From Octopus vulgaris (Eukaryota), in assembly GCA_951406725.2 (NCBI GenBank), contig OX597815.1, positions 64,170,001 through 64,234,000 of the forward strand: a DNA stretch of 64,000 nucleotides. The letters run 5' to 3'. Under the pieces are notes generated by a model. That model did not search any database, had not been told where the DNA came from, and saw only the letters and a list, made by a program, of their open reading frames with translations. This document shows positions 41,302 to 56,581 of the stretch, one piece after another. Every line of letters begins with the position of its first letter. The stretch's first letter is position 1. The position numbers were made by a program, and so were the translations under genes.

Positions 41302-41527
41302 GGAGTAAACACATAAATGTGAACAAGGTGGAAAAAAGAGTACTCAAATACCATGTGTAGAGTAATATGCTTTATTTTAAGCAGCAGAAAATTCAACAAA
41401 ATCTGTTACTCTGAGTTTCTCGTTGCCGTTCATCAGACAGTTTTTTCTAGCAAAAACTGTCTGATGAACGGCAACGAGAAACTCAGAGTAAATTTTGTTG
41501 AATTTTCTGCTGCTTAAAATAAAGTAT
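41300..41527. mobile_element. (TA)n-flanked foldback with two head-to-head HHR motifs (41403-41440 minus, 41457-41490 plus)
   Basis: ctgt CTGATGA A CG gcaa CG a GAAA CTCAGAG TA acag; arms of about 75 bp. Confidence 0.8.
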
Positions 41528-41549
41528 ATATATATATATGTATATGCAT

Positions 41550-41590
<41 letters not shown>

Positions 41591-41591
41591 T

Positions 41592-42251
41592 ATTGTCCTG
41601 AACTAATCTGCATTTTTGTTATTTTTTATTTGCCCTGTTCGTTGGCGCTAGTAGTCGTGCTAACTTTCATCGGAAACAATCTTTGTGGCTGAAATCTAGC
41701 AGATCTATTTTTAGTGCTAGAGTCGACCACATAGTGGTTACTCTCTTATATTTATGTATAAAATTTATTGTATTCCTGGTTTTGATGCACTCAGCCACTT
41801 GGTGTTAAATGGATGTACTATTAAATTAGTATCCAATTTTCTCACCCTTATTAGTTGATTGTAATTATACTACATTTAATTTTGGATGTAGTATCCGTTT
41901 CCGTGAATTTTGGCGGGCTGTGGCAGGGGCCCTTGAATTATAACAGCGAATGCAATCGACTGAACCGCACGTGTGTTTATCGTTATGGTAAAATCTAGCG
42001 TGCGGTTGAGTAAATTGTATTCTGGACGGGTTCGGCTGAAGAGCTACAGATATGTTGTGTGAGTAAAATTACATAATTTATTAATAGCGAAACAATTGTC
42101 CTGAACTAATCTGCATTTTTGTTATTTTTATTTGCCCTGTTCGTTTGCGCTAGTAGTCGTGCTAACTTTCATCGGAAACAATTCTTTGTAGCTAAAACCT
42201 AGCGGATCTATTTTTAGCGCTAGAGTCGACCACATAGTGGTTACTCACTTA

Positions 42252-42258
<7 letters not shown>
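41592..42258 (+). mobile_element. Retrozyme- or Penelope-like 503-bp unit present as 1.3 tandem copies
   Basis: 41592-41756 is nearly identical to 42095-42258; flanked by (CA)n and (TA)n; no ORF. Confidence 0.85.
42030..42106 (+). ncRNA. Complete type I hammerhead ribozyme motif, predicted cleavage after 42100
   Basis: gttcgg CTGAAGA GCTA (38-nt loop) TAGC GAAA CAATTG TC ctgaac: 6-bp stem I, all core residues canonical. Confidence 0.85.
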
Positions 42259-42289
<31 letters not shown>

Positions 42290-42290
<1 letters not shown>

Positions 42291-42514
42291 GGCCGAAATC
42301 AGATCGCCATGTTGATTCGTTAGTTACTGCACGCATTTTTTTCTCTCCTTCTTTCTGTGTTTTTTTTTCTCTCTGTGTATCTTTCTGTTGAAGAGCGTAG
42401 GCTCGAAACGTTAAAGACTTGTTTTATTTATATTTCCTGAGCGCCATACTAATACAATTGTTTGTTTGTTTTCCACCTGCCTTCGTCTTTTGTCTATTTT
42501 CATAAAGCTTCCCG

Positions 42515-42516
<2 letters not shown>
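42290..42516 (+). mobile_element. (TA)n-bounded HHR-bearing repeat (motif 42380-42417, CUGUUGA variant)
   Basis: tcttt CTGTTGA A GAGC GTAG GCTC GAAA CG TT aaaga. Confidence 0.75.
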
Positions 42517-42564
<48 letters not shown>

Positions 42565-42639
42565 CTGTACTGTTGTATAGAGCACTCCAGTTCTGTTCAC
42601 ATATATTTACGGCATATATATATATATATATATATACCA

Positions 42640-42700
<61 letters not shown>

Positions 42701-43212
42701 CATACACATATATATATATATGTATGTATGCATTGTACATATGGAAATATGCACATATACATGCGTATATGTATACACACACACATACATTACATACATA
42801 TATATCCATAAACAAAGGTGTAAAGCTTAATATATCTATAATTTACGAAATGAATAGTTAGTTGAATGTCGAAGTGCATAGACCCACATGCACTCAAAAC
42901 ACACACACACGCTCACACACACACACACACACACACACACTCCCATACATGTATTTGGCTGCCTGTTTTACATAGATATGAACATGTAAATTCAAATACA
43001 TAAATAGATACGATCATGTGTAAATGTATATGAGTAAAATTTGTGCATTTATATGTATATATGCCGGTTTGTATATGTGCATACCAATACTGCTATAGGC
43101 CCGTATACATACGCATATATATATATGTGGGGGAGTGCATAAATACATCAATGCTTGTGTGTTTTGCATGTTTCTATATGAATGTATGTGTGTATGCATG
43201 TATGTATGTATG

Positions 43213-43245
<33 letters not shown>

Positions 43246-43351
43246 ATACGCACACATATATATACTAATATATATATATGCATATATATATGTGTATATA
43301 TATGTATGTGTGTATGTGTGTGAGTGTGTATACATATGCATGTACGTATAT

Positions 43352-43416
<65 letters not shown>

Positions 43417-44213
43417 TCTATGCAGTTGCATGTTTATATTTATAAACTTACTTAGTATAGTAGTTTTAATATTCATATATACAGTTATAAAATTTTGATC
43501 GAAGTAAATATATCTTAGCATGCGTGATAGATTTAATAAATATACTAAATCTACTTTATTTTAGATTAGTTAAAATCCGAATTAAAATTAGATATGTGTT
43601 AAAAAAGCATTTTTTAAATATCCAAACAAAAATATACAATGACAGTTTCGCAATAATTTCGAAATATTTTCTCTCGATATGAAAATAAGGAAGAAATATT
43701 ACGCTAATTTATATTAATTTTGTTATTTTACTCTAGTGCGATTTCGAAAACGTACATACATGCGTGGTATTTGCTAATATGATACCATATTTATAAAATA
43801 TTCAGTAATAACCCATATTAAAACCGATAGAAAGAATTTATTGCAAATAAGACATAAAGCTTCTTGAGATGAGATTGAATATTTCCACAGACGCTTCGGC
43901 GCCACATCTTGAGGTTTTAGCTGGTCGCAAGATAGCCCCATATAACAAGCAGACCTTGTCAAACTATTACCGTTTCGAAACTGGTTGAAGGTGTGTCTAC
44001 AAAGAAAATTGCTTCGGTGTCGAAGCTGTGTCTATAGATAAAACTGTGCCGTTCGTACGTGTTAAGTCTGTCTCTATGAACAAAATACGCTGGGGTTTTG
44101 TCAATGAATATGCCACTTGGATTCCAACACTTACTTTTACCTTATTCTAATGTATTTACATAATAGAGTGCGAAAGTTCCCCACCGTATGGGTCATCAAT
44201 ATGGTATAAGACC

Positions 44214-44430
44214 AAGGCGTCGAGCAGGCAGAATTGTTAGCACGCCGGGCAAAATGCATAGTGACGATCGTCCGTCTTTATGTTCTGAGCTTGAATTCGC
44301 CGAGGTCGATTTTGCCTTTCATCCTTTCGGGGTCGATGCAATAAGTAGTAGCTGAGCCCTGGGGTCGATATAATCGACTTGCCCCCTCCCCTAAATTGCT
44401 GACCTTGTGCACAAAACTTGAAACTAATAT
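44214..44430 (+). mobile_element. SINE family A
   Basis: ggcagaattgttagcacgccgggc...ttgcctttcatcctttcggggtcgat. Confidence 0.85.
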
Positions 44431-44550
44431 AAGACCTGTGTCTCGTTTGGTAGGATGTATCAATGTTCTAAAATTTACTTCCATATGAATAGCCAAAAGA
44501 AATGATAGATTCCAAGTGGAAAGAATCTTGCTATATGCAGGCATATGCAT

Positions 44551-44585
<35 letters not shown>

Positions 44586-44772
44586 CGTGTGTGTATGTAT
44601 ATGTGTGTGTGCATGTGTGTGCATGTGTATGTGTACTTGCATGTGTATGAGTGTGTGTGTGCTTCTAGCAGAGGCGGTATAGTGTGTGCCATTGCGTATG
44701 GTTGTACGTGTGTATATATACCTACGGATGTATGTGTATACGTACGTACGTATGCGTACATACATACATACA

Positions 44773-44853
<81 letters not shown>

Positions 44854-44878
44854 GTCTGTCTATATATATATATATAAG

Positions 44879-45471
44879 TTAGTGTACATTTATACACAAA
44901 AAGGCAAGCCATTAACAGGTTGCCTAACATACTAGAAAGAACAGTCAAAAATTTCAAACCACATTTTAAGAGCAATTTTGAAGGGAATGAAAAATATTAA
45001 CATTTACCATGTTTTACAGCCGGACCTCAGGTTTCGAAATTTAATTAGCAAATAAAATAATTTGCAAGGCGAAGTTCTCATCAGTGGATACGCAAAAACA
45101 TTAATATATAAATTAGAGACCAAATAACACGCGTATCATGCTTATATATTATAATTTTTCAAATCCACCTTGCAAGCGCAGTTTCAATCGGCAGGGAATA
45201 AATATTCCGATTAAACTTCAGAAATTGCTAAAATCATTTCTTAAATTTATATAGGGTAGAAAAAAATTATAGAAATTCTTTTCTACCAGTGGCCTAGTAT
45301 GTATACAAAGTCAATAGACATATTTTTCATACAAAAATTAGTGTACATTTATACACAAATGGCAAGACATTAACAGGTTGCGTAATATATTAGAAAGAAC
45401 AGTCAAAAAGTCGAAATCACATTTTAAGAGCAATTTCGAAGGGAATGAAAAATGAAAACATTTACCATGTT
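44879..45471 (-). mobile_element. Retrozyme- or Penelope-like 459-bp unit present as 1.3 tandem copies
   Basis: 44879-45013 is similar to 45338-45471; homologous to 3241-3655 (shared ctaggccactggta and atggtaaa..ttttcattcc). Confidence 0.8.
45020..45087 (-). ncRNA. Type I hammerhead ribozyme motif, predicted cleavage between 45023 and 45022
   Basis: Minus strand: cca CTGATGA GAA..gcaaat/atttgc..TTC GAAA CCTGAGG TC cgg. Confidence 0.8.
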
Positions 45472-45557
45472 ATATGAAAAATATGTCTATTGACTTTGTA
45501 AAACATTCTAAATTTTTCCTAACCTATATAATTTTAAGTATTATATATATATGTATA

Positions 45558-45610
<53 letters not shown>

Positions 45611-45616
<6 letters not shown>

Positions 45617-45895
45617 TGTTGTGTCTGGAGAGAGTCATTCTCTTTTGGTGCCTTATAATTTAACATACTCAACAGTAAAATTTCCACTTATTTCTTTTTT
45701 ATTTTTCTAAAATTTTCGTCGTGTCTTGCAACCTTTTCAATAGTCACTGAAAAGAGTCAGTGACAATTGAAAATGTTGCAAGACGCAAAGAAAATTTTAG
45801 AAAAATAAAAAAGGAATTTTGGAAATTTTACCGGTGAGTGTGTTAAATTATAAGGCGCCAAAAGAAGATGACTTTCCCCAGACACAACAGAATAT
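45611..45895. mobile_element. Foldback with ~140-bp arms and two head-to-head U3-A8 HHR motifs
   Basis: Arms 45611-45750 and 45757-45895; minus 45707-45743 reads cta TTGAAAA G GTTGC aagac ACGAC GAAA AT TT tag. Confidence 0.8.
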
Positions 45896-45951
45896 TCTTC
45901 AACACACGAACTCACATACAGAATTTTGCAAACCAAATCTATAAAATCGAA

Positions 45952-45996
<45 letters not shown>

Positions 45997-45999
<3 letters not shown>

Positions 46000-46832
46000 G
46001 GGTAGATAGGTAAATTATCACCACTGCACATGCACATTGCTTGTTTTTGATTTTGTCGTTTACACAGTATAGTAAGGTCCGTTGGGTACCGCCTGTGAAA
46101 AAAAAAACAGTATCATGACGCAATTCACTCTGCTAGAAATTTGGAAATGACATGCTGCACTGCTTGGCATTCATGCCGGAAGCGCCATTACGAACATTTC
46201 AGAGGGTTTGAGTGTCAATCTGAGGACACTGCAATCTGAGGACATGTATCGAGAGTGATAAAAATCAAATATCCAGTCAACATCATGGTGTTTGGATTGA
46301 TCACTAGTGATCCATTCATCTTCCCACACGGTCTCACACAGCACGGAGGCTTATATCAAGTGCCTGGAGGAGGTAGTGCTGCCCTGGGTCAAGAGGGTGA
46401 CTGCTGGAAGACCCTATGTCTCTGCACCATCTCACACAAGCAGGAGAACCCAATCATGGCTGTCAGACAATTCCTGCGACCACATCACTCCTATCATCTG
46501 GCCACCTAACTCCCAAGACTGCAACCCGCTTGATTATCATGTGAGGGGCACAGTTAAGCGAGATTCCAACAAAACTCCTTGTAACACCAAAGAGGAACTG
46601 AAGGCAAGGATTATGTCAGCCTCCACCAACTTAAACAAGGAGACCGTCAAGAAAGGTTGCAGGAGGAGATTCCGAAATCGTCCGGAAGCCAATGACGATT
46701 TCAATGAATAAATTTACTCTTTAGTATTTCAAGATATTTGAATGTAATTTTCGTAAATACATGTTAAAATAAGATGCCAGTGTTATTTTCAATTTTGCGC
46801 AATTTAGATGACAGTTTATTCACCGCATCCTC
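45997..46832 (+). mobile_element. Internally deleted DD37D (maT-type) Tc1/mariner transposon
   Basis: KYPVNIMVFGLITSD; TEAYIKCLEEVVLPWV; SAPSHTSRRTQSWL..WPPNSQDCNPLDY (37 residues from SAP to the final D). Confidence 0.8.
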
Positions 46833-46929
46833 GGTGTGTGTGTGTGGGGGGGGCGTGTTTGTTTGCGTATGTGTGTGTGTGTGTGTGCGCGTGTGTGTAG
46901 AAGGTAGGAAATGAACACACGAGTTGATA

Positions 46930-48130
<1,201 letters not shown>

Positions 48131-48794
48131 ACACGAACAGTGTTTAAAGTTTACTTCAGCTATGTAGGTAAAATTTTATTTAATGTAGTCGTAAAAGATT
48201 GTATCATAATATATAAGCCATCATCATCAGGTTAGATTTTAAACAGTCGACCTGGACATTTGTTGGGCTTGTGTTGCTTTCAAGTTCTACATTCGAATTT
48301 ATAGGGTTGGAAGGCGTGGTCTAGAACACACCTTCTAATCTTTCTATAATCAGCTCCGTATGACTTAAGCTGTCGAGATACAACCATCTCTTCAGTTGTT
48401 AGAAGAAGAGTGAGAGATCTGAGACAAAATCAACGTGGCTTATAGGCATTAGGCCTGTATCACTCAGCTAAGGACACGTGATATTCATGTCGTGAAAGCG
48501 ACACCAGCTATAGTTCTTTTGCTATAGCTATCAACGTTTACAAACTATCTCAGACTTCAGTGAAACACATTTACAACTGGGCGACTTACGTTTAACACAC
48601 TTTAGGATACAATATGATGCATATGGCTTCGCAGTTCTATGTCATTGAATCCAAATACAGAAAAAGATGAAATGAGAAGACCGTCAGCATTTCAATATGA
48701 TATACATGCATACGTATTTGTGGCTGTGTGTGTATGTGTGTGTGTATGTGTGTGTGCGTGTGTGTATGTGTGTTTGTATATATAGAATGTATAT

Positions 48795-49110
48795 CTTTTA
48801 TTTGTTTCGGTTATTTGGCTGCGGCCATGCTGGAGCACTGACTTGAAGAAATTTTAGTCGAGCAAATCAACCAAAGGGTTTATTTTTTAAGATCAGTACT
48901 AATAGTATCGGTCTCTTTGCCGAAGCGTTAGATTACGGGAACACAAACACACGAAACACCGGTTGTCAAGCGGTGGTGGGGAAAAACACATATACAAAGA
49001 CACACAGACACACACACACACGTACTTACTCAAAGACGTACATACATGCATGCATACATACATACACTCACACACACACACATATCTCTCTCTATATATA
49101 CAACGGAATT

Positions 49111-49153
<43 letters not shown>

Positions 49154-49302
49154 GTGCGTGTGTGTGTGTTTCTGAGTGTGTGTGTGTGTGTGTGACTGTC
49201 TCTGTGTGTATAGCTTCTACCAAATCCACTCACAAGGTGCCGCGCAGTGTGACTGTACCCGGGACCGAGTGGCTGGGAAGCAAAGTTACCACACCGCACG
49301 TA

Positions 49303-49340
<38 letters not shown>

Positions 49341-49792
49341 ATATATATCACGCTAAAAGATATATTTGCAAGTCGTAGCAATGTTATTTTCAATAATAAA
49401 AAAGCGTTTAATGTATTTGCGCTTCTTTTTATATTTAGATTTCAGAGCACTTTGGACAATAATGTGACGGAACAAAAATTGTCTTTGGACAAGATTTTCA
49501 GTTCAAAATACTAGAAAAGCAAACACAATGATTGGTTTGTTTTATGAAAATATTGCTTTGTTTTGGCGGTCAAACTTTTGTTCGCATTTATACATCTGAA
49601 TACTTCCAGAGAAGCTTATAAACTAATTTTGAATCTCACAAATTAACCCCAGGACTTATTTCTTAAGCCTAGTACTTATTCTATCGGTATCTTTTGTCGA
49701 ACCGCTACGTTACGTTGACATAAACACACCAACACTGCTTGTCAAGGTGTAACAGGGGACAAACACAAGCACAAAGACACACACACATACCC

Positions 49793-49869
<77 letters not shown>

Positions 49870-50203
49870 CACACACACATATATATACGACAGGATTCTT
49901 TCAGTTTCCGTCTACCAAATTAACTCACAAGGCTTTGGTTGGCCCGAGACTATAGTAGGAGACACTTGCCCAAGGTGCCACATAGTGGGACTGAACCCGG
50001 AACCATGTGGTTGGGAAGCAAGCTTCTTATCATACAGCCATGCCTATGTATATTTCTTTATATAGTATATATGTATGAGTATGCGGCGTGTGAATATATA
50101 CATGTATCTATTGTGTACGTATCTATGTATATATGTATGTGTGTGTGTGTTTGTGCGTATACATGTATTAGTACGCACATATATATACATACATATATAT
50201 GTA

Positions 50204-50246
<43 letters not shown>

Positions 50247-50643
50247 CAAGTTGCAGTCATTTGACAGCGGCCATGCTGGAGCACCGCCTTTAGTCGAGCA
50301 AATCGACCCCCAGGATTTATTCTTTGTAAGCCTACTACTTATTCTATCGGTCTCTTTTGCCGAACCTCTAAGTTTCGGGGACGTAAACACACCACCATCG
50401 GTTGTCAAGTGATGTTGGGGGGAAAAAACAGATACACAAACATACACCCGCACATACATATACATATATATATATATACATATATACGACGGTTTTACAG
50501 TTTCCGTCGACCTAATCCACTCACAAGTCTTTGGTCGGCCCGAAGCTATAGTAGACGACACTTGCCCAAGGTAACACGCAGTGGAACTGAACCCGGAACC
50601 ATGTGTTTGATAAGCAAGCTACTTACCACACAGCCACTCCTGC
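48795..50643 (-). mobile_element. Three co-oriented SINE family B copies (48795-49300, 49640-50046, 50251-50643)
   Basis: Each has ctatcggtctcttttgccgaac, an internal (CA)n and a tRNA-like head (minus strand gtggctgtgtggtaagtagcttgc...ggttccgggttcagttcc). Confidence 0.85.
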
Positions 50644-50644
50644 C

Positions 50645-50827
50645 CCAAGGTCAGCTTGGGGGAGGAGATTAAATCGATTAAATCGATCCTAGTGCGTAAC
50701 TGGTACATAACTTAATCGACCACGGAAGGATGAAACGCGAAGTCGACTTCGGTGGAATTTGAACTCAAAGCGTAATGCTATTAAGCATTTTGCTCGGCGT
50801 GCTAACGATTCTACTACCTCACCGTCT
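50645..50827 (-). mobile_element. SINE family A
   Basis: gtgcgtaactggtac...gaaggatgaaacgcgaagtcgacttcggtggaatttgaactc...cggcgtgctaacgattctac. Confidence 0.8.
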
Positions 50828-50831
50828 TGAT

Positions 50832-50872
<41 letters not shown>

Positions 50873-51388
50873 AAAGAAACTCTAAGAGATGTACATAAAA
50901 GCTACTCGATAAGGAAGAAGGTACTAGAAGGCATCTAACAGAGATGATAACAACAGTATCCCCAAAATAAGTAGCTAATGGGAACAGTCGCAGTTGCTTT
51001 TATATCAGTAAATCTCTATGAAACGTAGAGTCAGATTAAATATATCTCTCTCCGCCATTACTAAACAACAACATGGAGAAGCTTTTCAAATAAGCGCGAA
51101 GACTTAGGAAATCTTGTTGAATGAAAAAGATGGAGTAGATGTGTGTATTAGAATAATATTAAAGAAAATATGGTAAATGTAATCTTGGAATAAAACATAA
51201 GAAGAAGGAAGAAATAAAAAGAGATTAGAGCAGAATTAAAGGACATCAAACGTGATTTTATTTAAAAGGAAAAAACAAGAACAGTCTAAATAGTTCTTTG
51301 ACTTCATGTGTGACTGTTTAAAAGAAGCCCCAGAAATTTCGTCCGAAAATTTAATATAAGAGAACGAGAGGATAATTCTCTCTCTCAC

Positions 51389-51434
<46 letters not shown>

Positions 51435-51511
51435 ACTCTCTCTCCCGCATACACGCATTCTTACATAAGTACATACTCACACAAGTACATATACATACAT
51501 ATATACATACG

Positions 51512-51557
<46 letters not shown>

Positions 51558-51596
51558 AATATACTCACACATGTATATATATATATACACACAATA

Positions 51597-51633
<37 letters not shown>

Positions 51634-52114
51634 TATATATACATATATATGTGTGTGTATAAGTGTATGTACATATACATGTATGTATGTTTGTGTGTAT
51701 GTGTAACGGAGAACGGATACCATATTAACACCGACACAGTAGTAAAACAATAAAAGACCAATAAGAGAGAAGATCAACGGAGGAAAGACAAAAAAAGGAA
51801 ACAATAATAACGACCGGAAGAAGATGGCAATTGATTGAAGTATTTAAGAGATATTTATATAAGGTGGTGGTGGTGGGGGACGATGTAAGTGGATTTGTCA
51901 GATTTTTTTATATCATTCCCTCATGTCTTAAATAAGGGGATCTCTCATTGGATAGTGAAGTTCTAACAAAAATTAACGTTTAAAACTCAGTGATTAGAGA
52001 TGAATCGTCTTTGATCATAGAATTTTATTTTTCCTGGCACTACACATCAGCAACAACAACAATAAAATCATGAATAAAGCTCTAATTGTGAAGGTAATAT
52101 GTTGAATATATGAA

Positions 52115-52178
<64 letters not shown>

Positions 52179-53429
52179 CGAAGTGGCAAACCAATTCAGT
52201 CCAAGACATAATGAGGGCAGGAGTTTGGCAACGTCTGGAAAACGGTAATGGGAATATTCAACATTAAACAAAATATTGGAAACAAAAGGTGACATACCGA
52301 CAAACACTAAACATCAATTAATTAATTAATAATATGAGGGGTGAACAGCACCTGAAACACATGTCCCCAGATTGGTGAGATCAAATAAATTAGTCACATT
52401 TTAAAATCTCCTACAGTACAACACACACACCACCCTAGTACAATCTGGTACATCATGTAAAATATCTCTACATCATTTGTGAAAGAAAGTGTGAACCCCA
52501 TCCCTGATCCATTTAAAACAGTTGAGTGACAGAAACCTTTTTGATAGACATGTTCCTTCGAACACCTTACACAGCCAAATGCCCCTTTTCACCCATCACC
52601 ACTATCATTCATCATAACGCTAACAACTACAAAGCATTCACTCACCGACACACTCTGATCTCTAATCCCTAAGTGTTCTGTGTCCTCTTTCTGTCTTTAC
52701 TATCGCGATTACAGTTGTCTCTACTCCTTACAGTTGTCACGTGTCATCTCCACTCAACCACCTTTGACTGATCTCGCATTTTCTCTTCCTCCATATTGTG
52801 TCCAGCCTCACAAGTCTGCCGTAACCCCTACATCCAGTACTTTCTCCTCAGAAGGGCGGTCCTTAATTCTCTCCCTTTAAGTCAAAGGCTTAAAGCATTT
52901 TAAGTGGGACGTCAACAACTTCAGCCTTACTGGTCTTGAGGACCTGTGAAAGACACTATCAAAACCCACCTCTGCATCATTCATATAAAAATTTTTGCAA
53001 CATTTCCATTTATCACATTGCAGCAGGGCTTTCTGCATCGTACCTATGATGTATCTACCAATGTTGTTATAACCACATATCCACCACCTTTCCACTGAGA
53101 TAACTCCGGCAACTTTTACTGCCATATCTCAACTGGTATATAAATGGCCGCAAGTACCCCACACTATTAAGTTTAACCTTTCACTCATCGCAAAGCTGAC
53201 AGAGTTACGAAATATGCCGCTACCCAACATACTACGATCTCTGATTACTTGATGTTTTGTGTCCTCTCTCTTCTTTTGCAACCACGTGTTTAGTAATGTG
53301 TTTAGTAAATGGCGAATATACCTGCATTTACTAAACTGTTCGCTTCACATTCTACGATACGTTCTCTGCGTAAATCTTTCTATTACTGTATTGTACACGC
53401 CAAAGCCATAATTGTTTTGAAAGCACAAT

Positions 53430-53900
53430 TCGGTGAAGGAGGTTATTCGATAAAATCAACCGTTTTACTTAACTTCTACTTTATTTTATCGATCCCAGAA
53501 GGATAAAAGATGAGGTTCGCGTCAGCGGAATTTGAACTGAGAAACGAAAGAATCGAGGGGCGGGCAACACTGTTAATAACTGTTTCTAACAGGTAAAATT
53601 TCTGAAATTTTGCGGGAAGGATTTGGTAGAAAATTGAACTCGATGAGATTTGAACTTAAGGATGTCTCAAAGCGTAATGTCTCGGCACTCTAACGATTGT
53701 AACAAATCGACTGCTCTTAAGAATTCTTCGGCACATAATCATCAGGCCTAAAATTTGGCAGGAGGGGTTAGTCGATTAAATCGGCCTCAGTTTTTGACTG
53801 GTACTCAACTTTACAGCACACAAAGCCTAACTCTGTTCAGAACACAAAGTGTCACAACAAAGACCGCAAGGCATTTTAGCCATGCCCTATCAATTCTGTC
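53430..53900 (-). mobile_element. Cluster of decayed SINE family A fragments
   Basis: ttttatcgatcccagaaggataaaag, gcggaatttgaactgag, ctctaacgattg, gactggtactc. Confidence 0.55.
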
Positions 53901-55217
53901 GATGTGCCCCGCTCCAGATGTCGAAGAAATAAGTTTTGCCGAGGAAGTTTAACAAGACAGAAACAGGTCTGTTGTTGACTCCCATACTCGCCCCAGGTAT
54001 ATATAAAAAAATTTTTTTATCCAAGGTGTTGCTGCCTGCAGTCATCTTTGTATTAAATAATTATGTTAATACGTAATTAAAGATTGCAATGTTCATGTGA
54101 TTAGCGCGAAACAGTAAATAATATTAATTAATAATATCATCATTATAGTCAGCTATCCGCCATCACCACCACCAAACTATCACAACAATTTTCACTTCCA
54201 TCATAAGTACTATCACAATCACCGACCTAGCAACATATCGACACCACTACTTCCATGAACTCCACAACCACCACCACCACTATCATTATCACCATCACCA
54301 CTACCAACACCACCATCACCACCATCACAACTATCACTACTATAGCCCAAACAATCACCATCATTATTGCTATAGCCCAAACCACTACACAACCACTACA
54401 GCTAACATCATCATTACCACTGAAAATACCAAGATAACTACCGTCACCAGTAGCACCTCCACCGTCGCTACTACAAGAAGTACTACCACTACCAGCGCCA
54501 CAACTACCACCACCAACAACAACACCAACACCAACAACAACAACAACAGCAACATTGCTAACAACAACAAATGCTCGGAGAAGGATGGTTGTCGTTCTGC
54601 CACTGCTGTCATCACACGTCTGTGAACGACCCCATCCAATGAATTCCCCTCTCTTTGCACGTCGCCCCCATTCTTCTCAACTCCCACCACTACCATCAAC
54701 ACCCCCGTCATCACTATCACCAATACCATTAGTACCACCCAGGAAGGCAATAGCGAAAGACATAATGAAAATAGGCAAATGTTGCGGTCTGATGTTTTCG
54801 CTGCTCTCAACACCAGTTTGTAAATAGTGTGATGGTGTCATTGAATCCGGCAGAACAAATAACAGAGGGCTGTGAGACATGATTGCCCAGGACTGGGCAG
54901 AGCTGGGTTGTTTGTTGGTTCTGGAATGAATGGCAAGTGGAGGACAGGGATGGAGAGCGAAAGTCTGCGTGGGGGCGATGGCCTGAGATACAGGGTTATA
55001 ACAGCTGTGTATGTTTGCGTATGTGCGTATATAGTAGTGGGTACATACATACACGGGTGTATGAATGTATGTGTGTATATATGTGTGTGTGTGCGTGTAC
55101 ATGCATACATACACACGCATATGTAACTACCCAAGTTTGTTTTCGTATTTATGTTGTTTTCGTATTTAATGTGGTTTACATTTTGTGACGTCCTGTACCC
55201 ATATATGAATATATATA

Positions 55218-55275
<58 letters not shown>

Positions 55276-55312
55276 TATTAATATATATATAAATATGTAC
55301 GTATTTATGAAT

Positions 55313-55343
<31 letters not shown>

Positions 55344-55377
55344 AATATATATTAGTTATATTATTATAGATAAATAA

Positions 55378-55439
<62 letters not shown>

Positions 55440-55585
55440 GTAGAAGAATCACGAATGACAAAGAAAGGGACCTTTAAAACGAATGTAGGAGAGACGTGCG
55501 TGTATATGTATATGTGGGGATTAGTGTTTGTAGATGTGCGCATGTGTAAGTTTGTGTGTGTGCATGCGTGCGTGTGTATGTGAGT

Positions 55586-55617
<32 letters not shown>

Positions 55618-55751
55618 GAGTGGGAGAGGTAGAAAGAAAGAAAAGTGCATGATATGTCAACATCATTGTCTATTCGAATGTGTGTGGCAAGTATATATTC
55701 GTAATTATCTGAATACACACAGATACATAAAATGTATATACATATATGCAG

Positions 55752-55782
<31 letters not shown>

Positions 55783-56138
55783 TGTATGTATGTATGTATG
55801 TATGTATGTATGTACCTTTATATCTATCTATCTATCTATGCACATATATATACACACACATGCTGATATACATATGTATATGCATGTCATGCGTGTACTT
55901 TCTTCTCGGATAGGATCACGTGTGAGAAAAAGGAATGGATTTGTATATATATATATACGTGCATGTGTTTAAGTGTGTGTTTGTGCACGCTTGTGTAAAT
56001 ATACACGTATTTGTGTGTGCGTGTGTGTGTGTGAGTTGATATGCACATAGAAAAGTAGAAATAACATACAAACACACATATGTATATGTACGTACATATA
56101 TGTATACATATTTTTATGTATATACATATACATATTCT

Positions 56139-56177
<39 letters not shown>

Positions 56178-56548
56178 ATGTGTGTGGATGTGTGTGTGTA
56201 TATATATGTATATATATTACACATATTCATACACGCATGAAGATGTATAATCTAATTAAGACAAATTTAGTAATATGTTACTCATGTTGTACGAAACATC
56301 CCTCTGCTAACCAAGAACACGCCATCTATAAGCATTACGTGTCCGACGCACAATTAAAAAAAGACGTTACTGACATATAACGCACACAGGTACTCAAACA
56401 CATATGCACTTGTGTCTGTGTACGCACACACACTCACACACACACACATGTATATATGTATATACATGCGTGTGTTTGCACATATATATATATTTATATT
56501 TTTATATATATATATTCATGCAAGCATACATTCATACATACTTACATT

Positions 56549-56581
<33 letters not shown>

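Noticed and set aside
43985-44090. Three spaced imperfect repeats (gaag.tgtgtcta...aaaa), superficially CRISPR-like
   Set aside because: Too degenerate and short, eukaryotic context, no cas genes; probably a decayed minisatellite.
54560-55010. GC-richer unique island with ORFs 54677-55120 (minus) and 54555-54827 (plus)
   Set aside because: No recognisable domain, and the ORFs begin or end in simple repeats. It could be an exon or enhancer, but sequence alone does not support a call.
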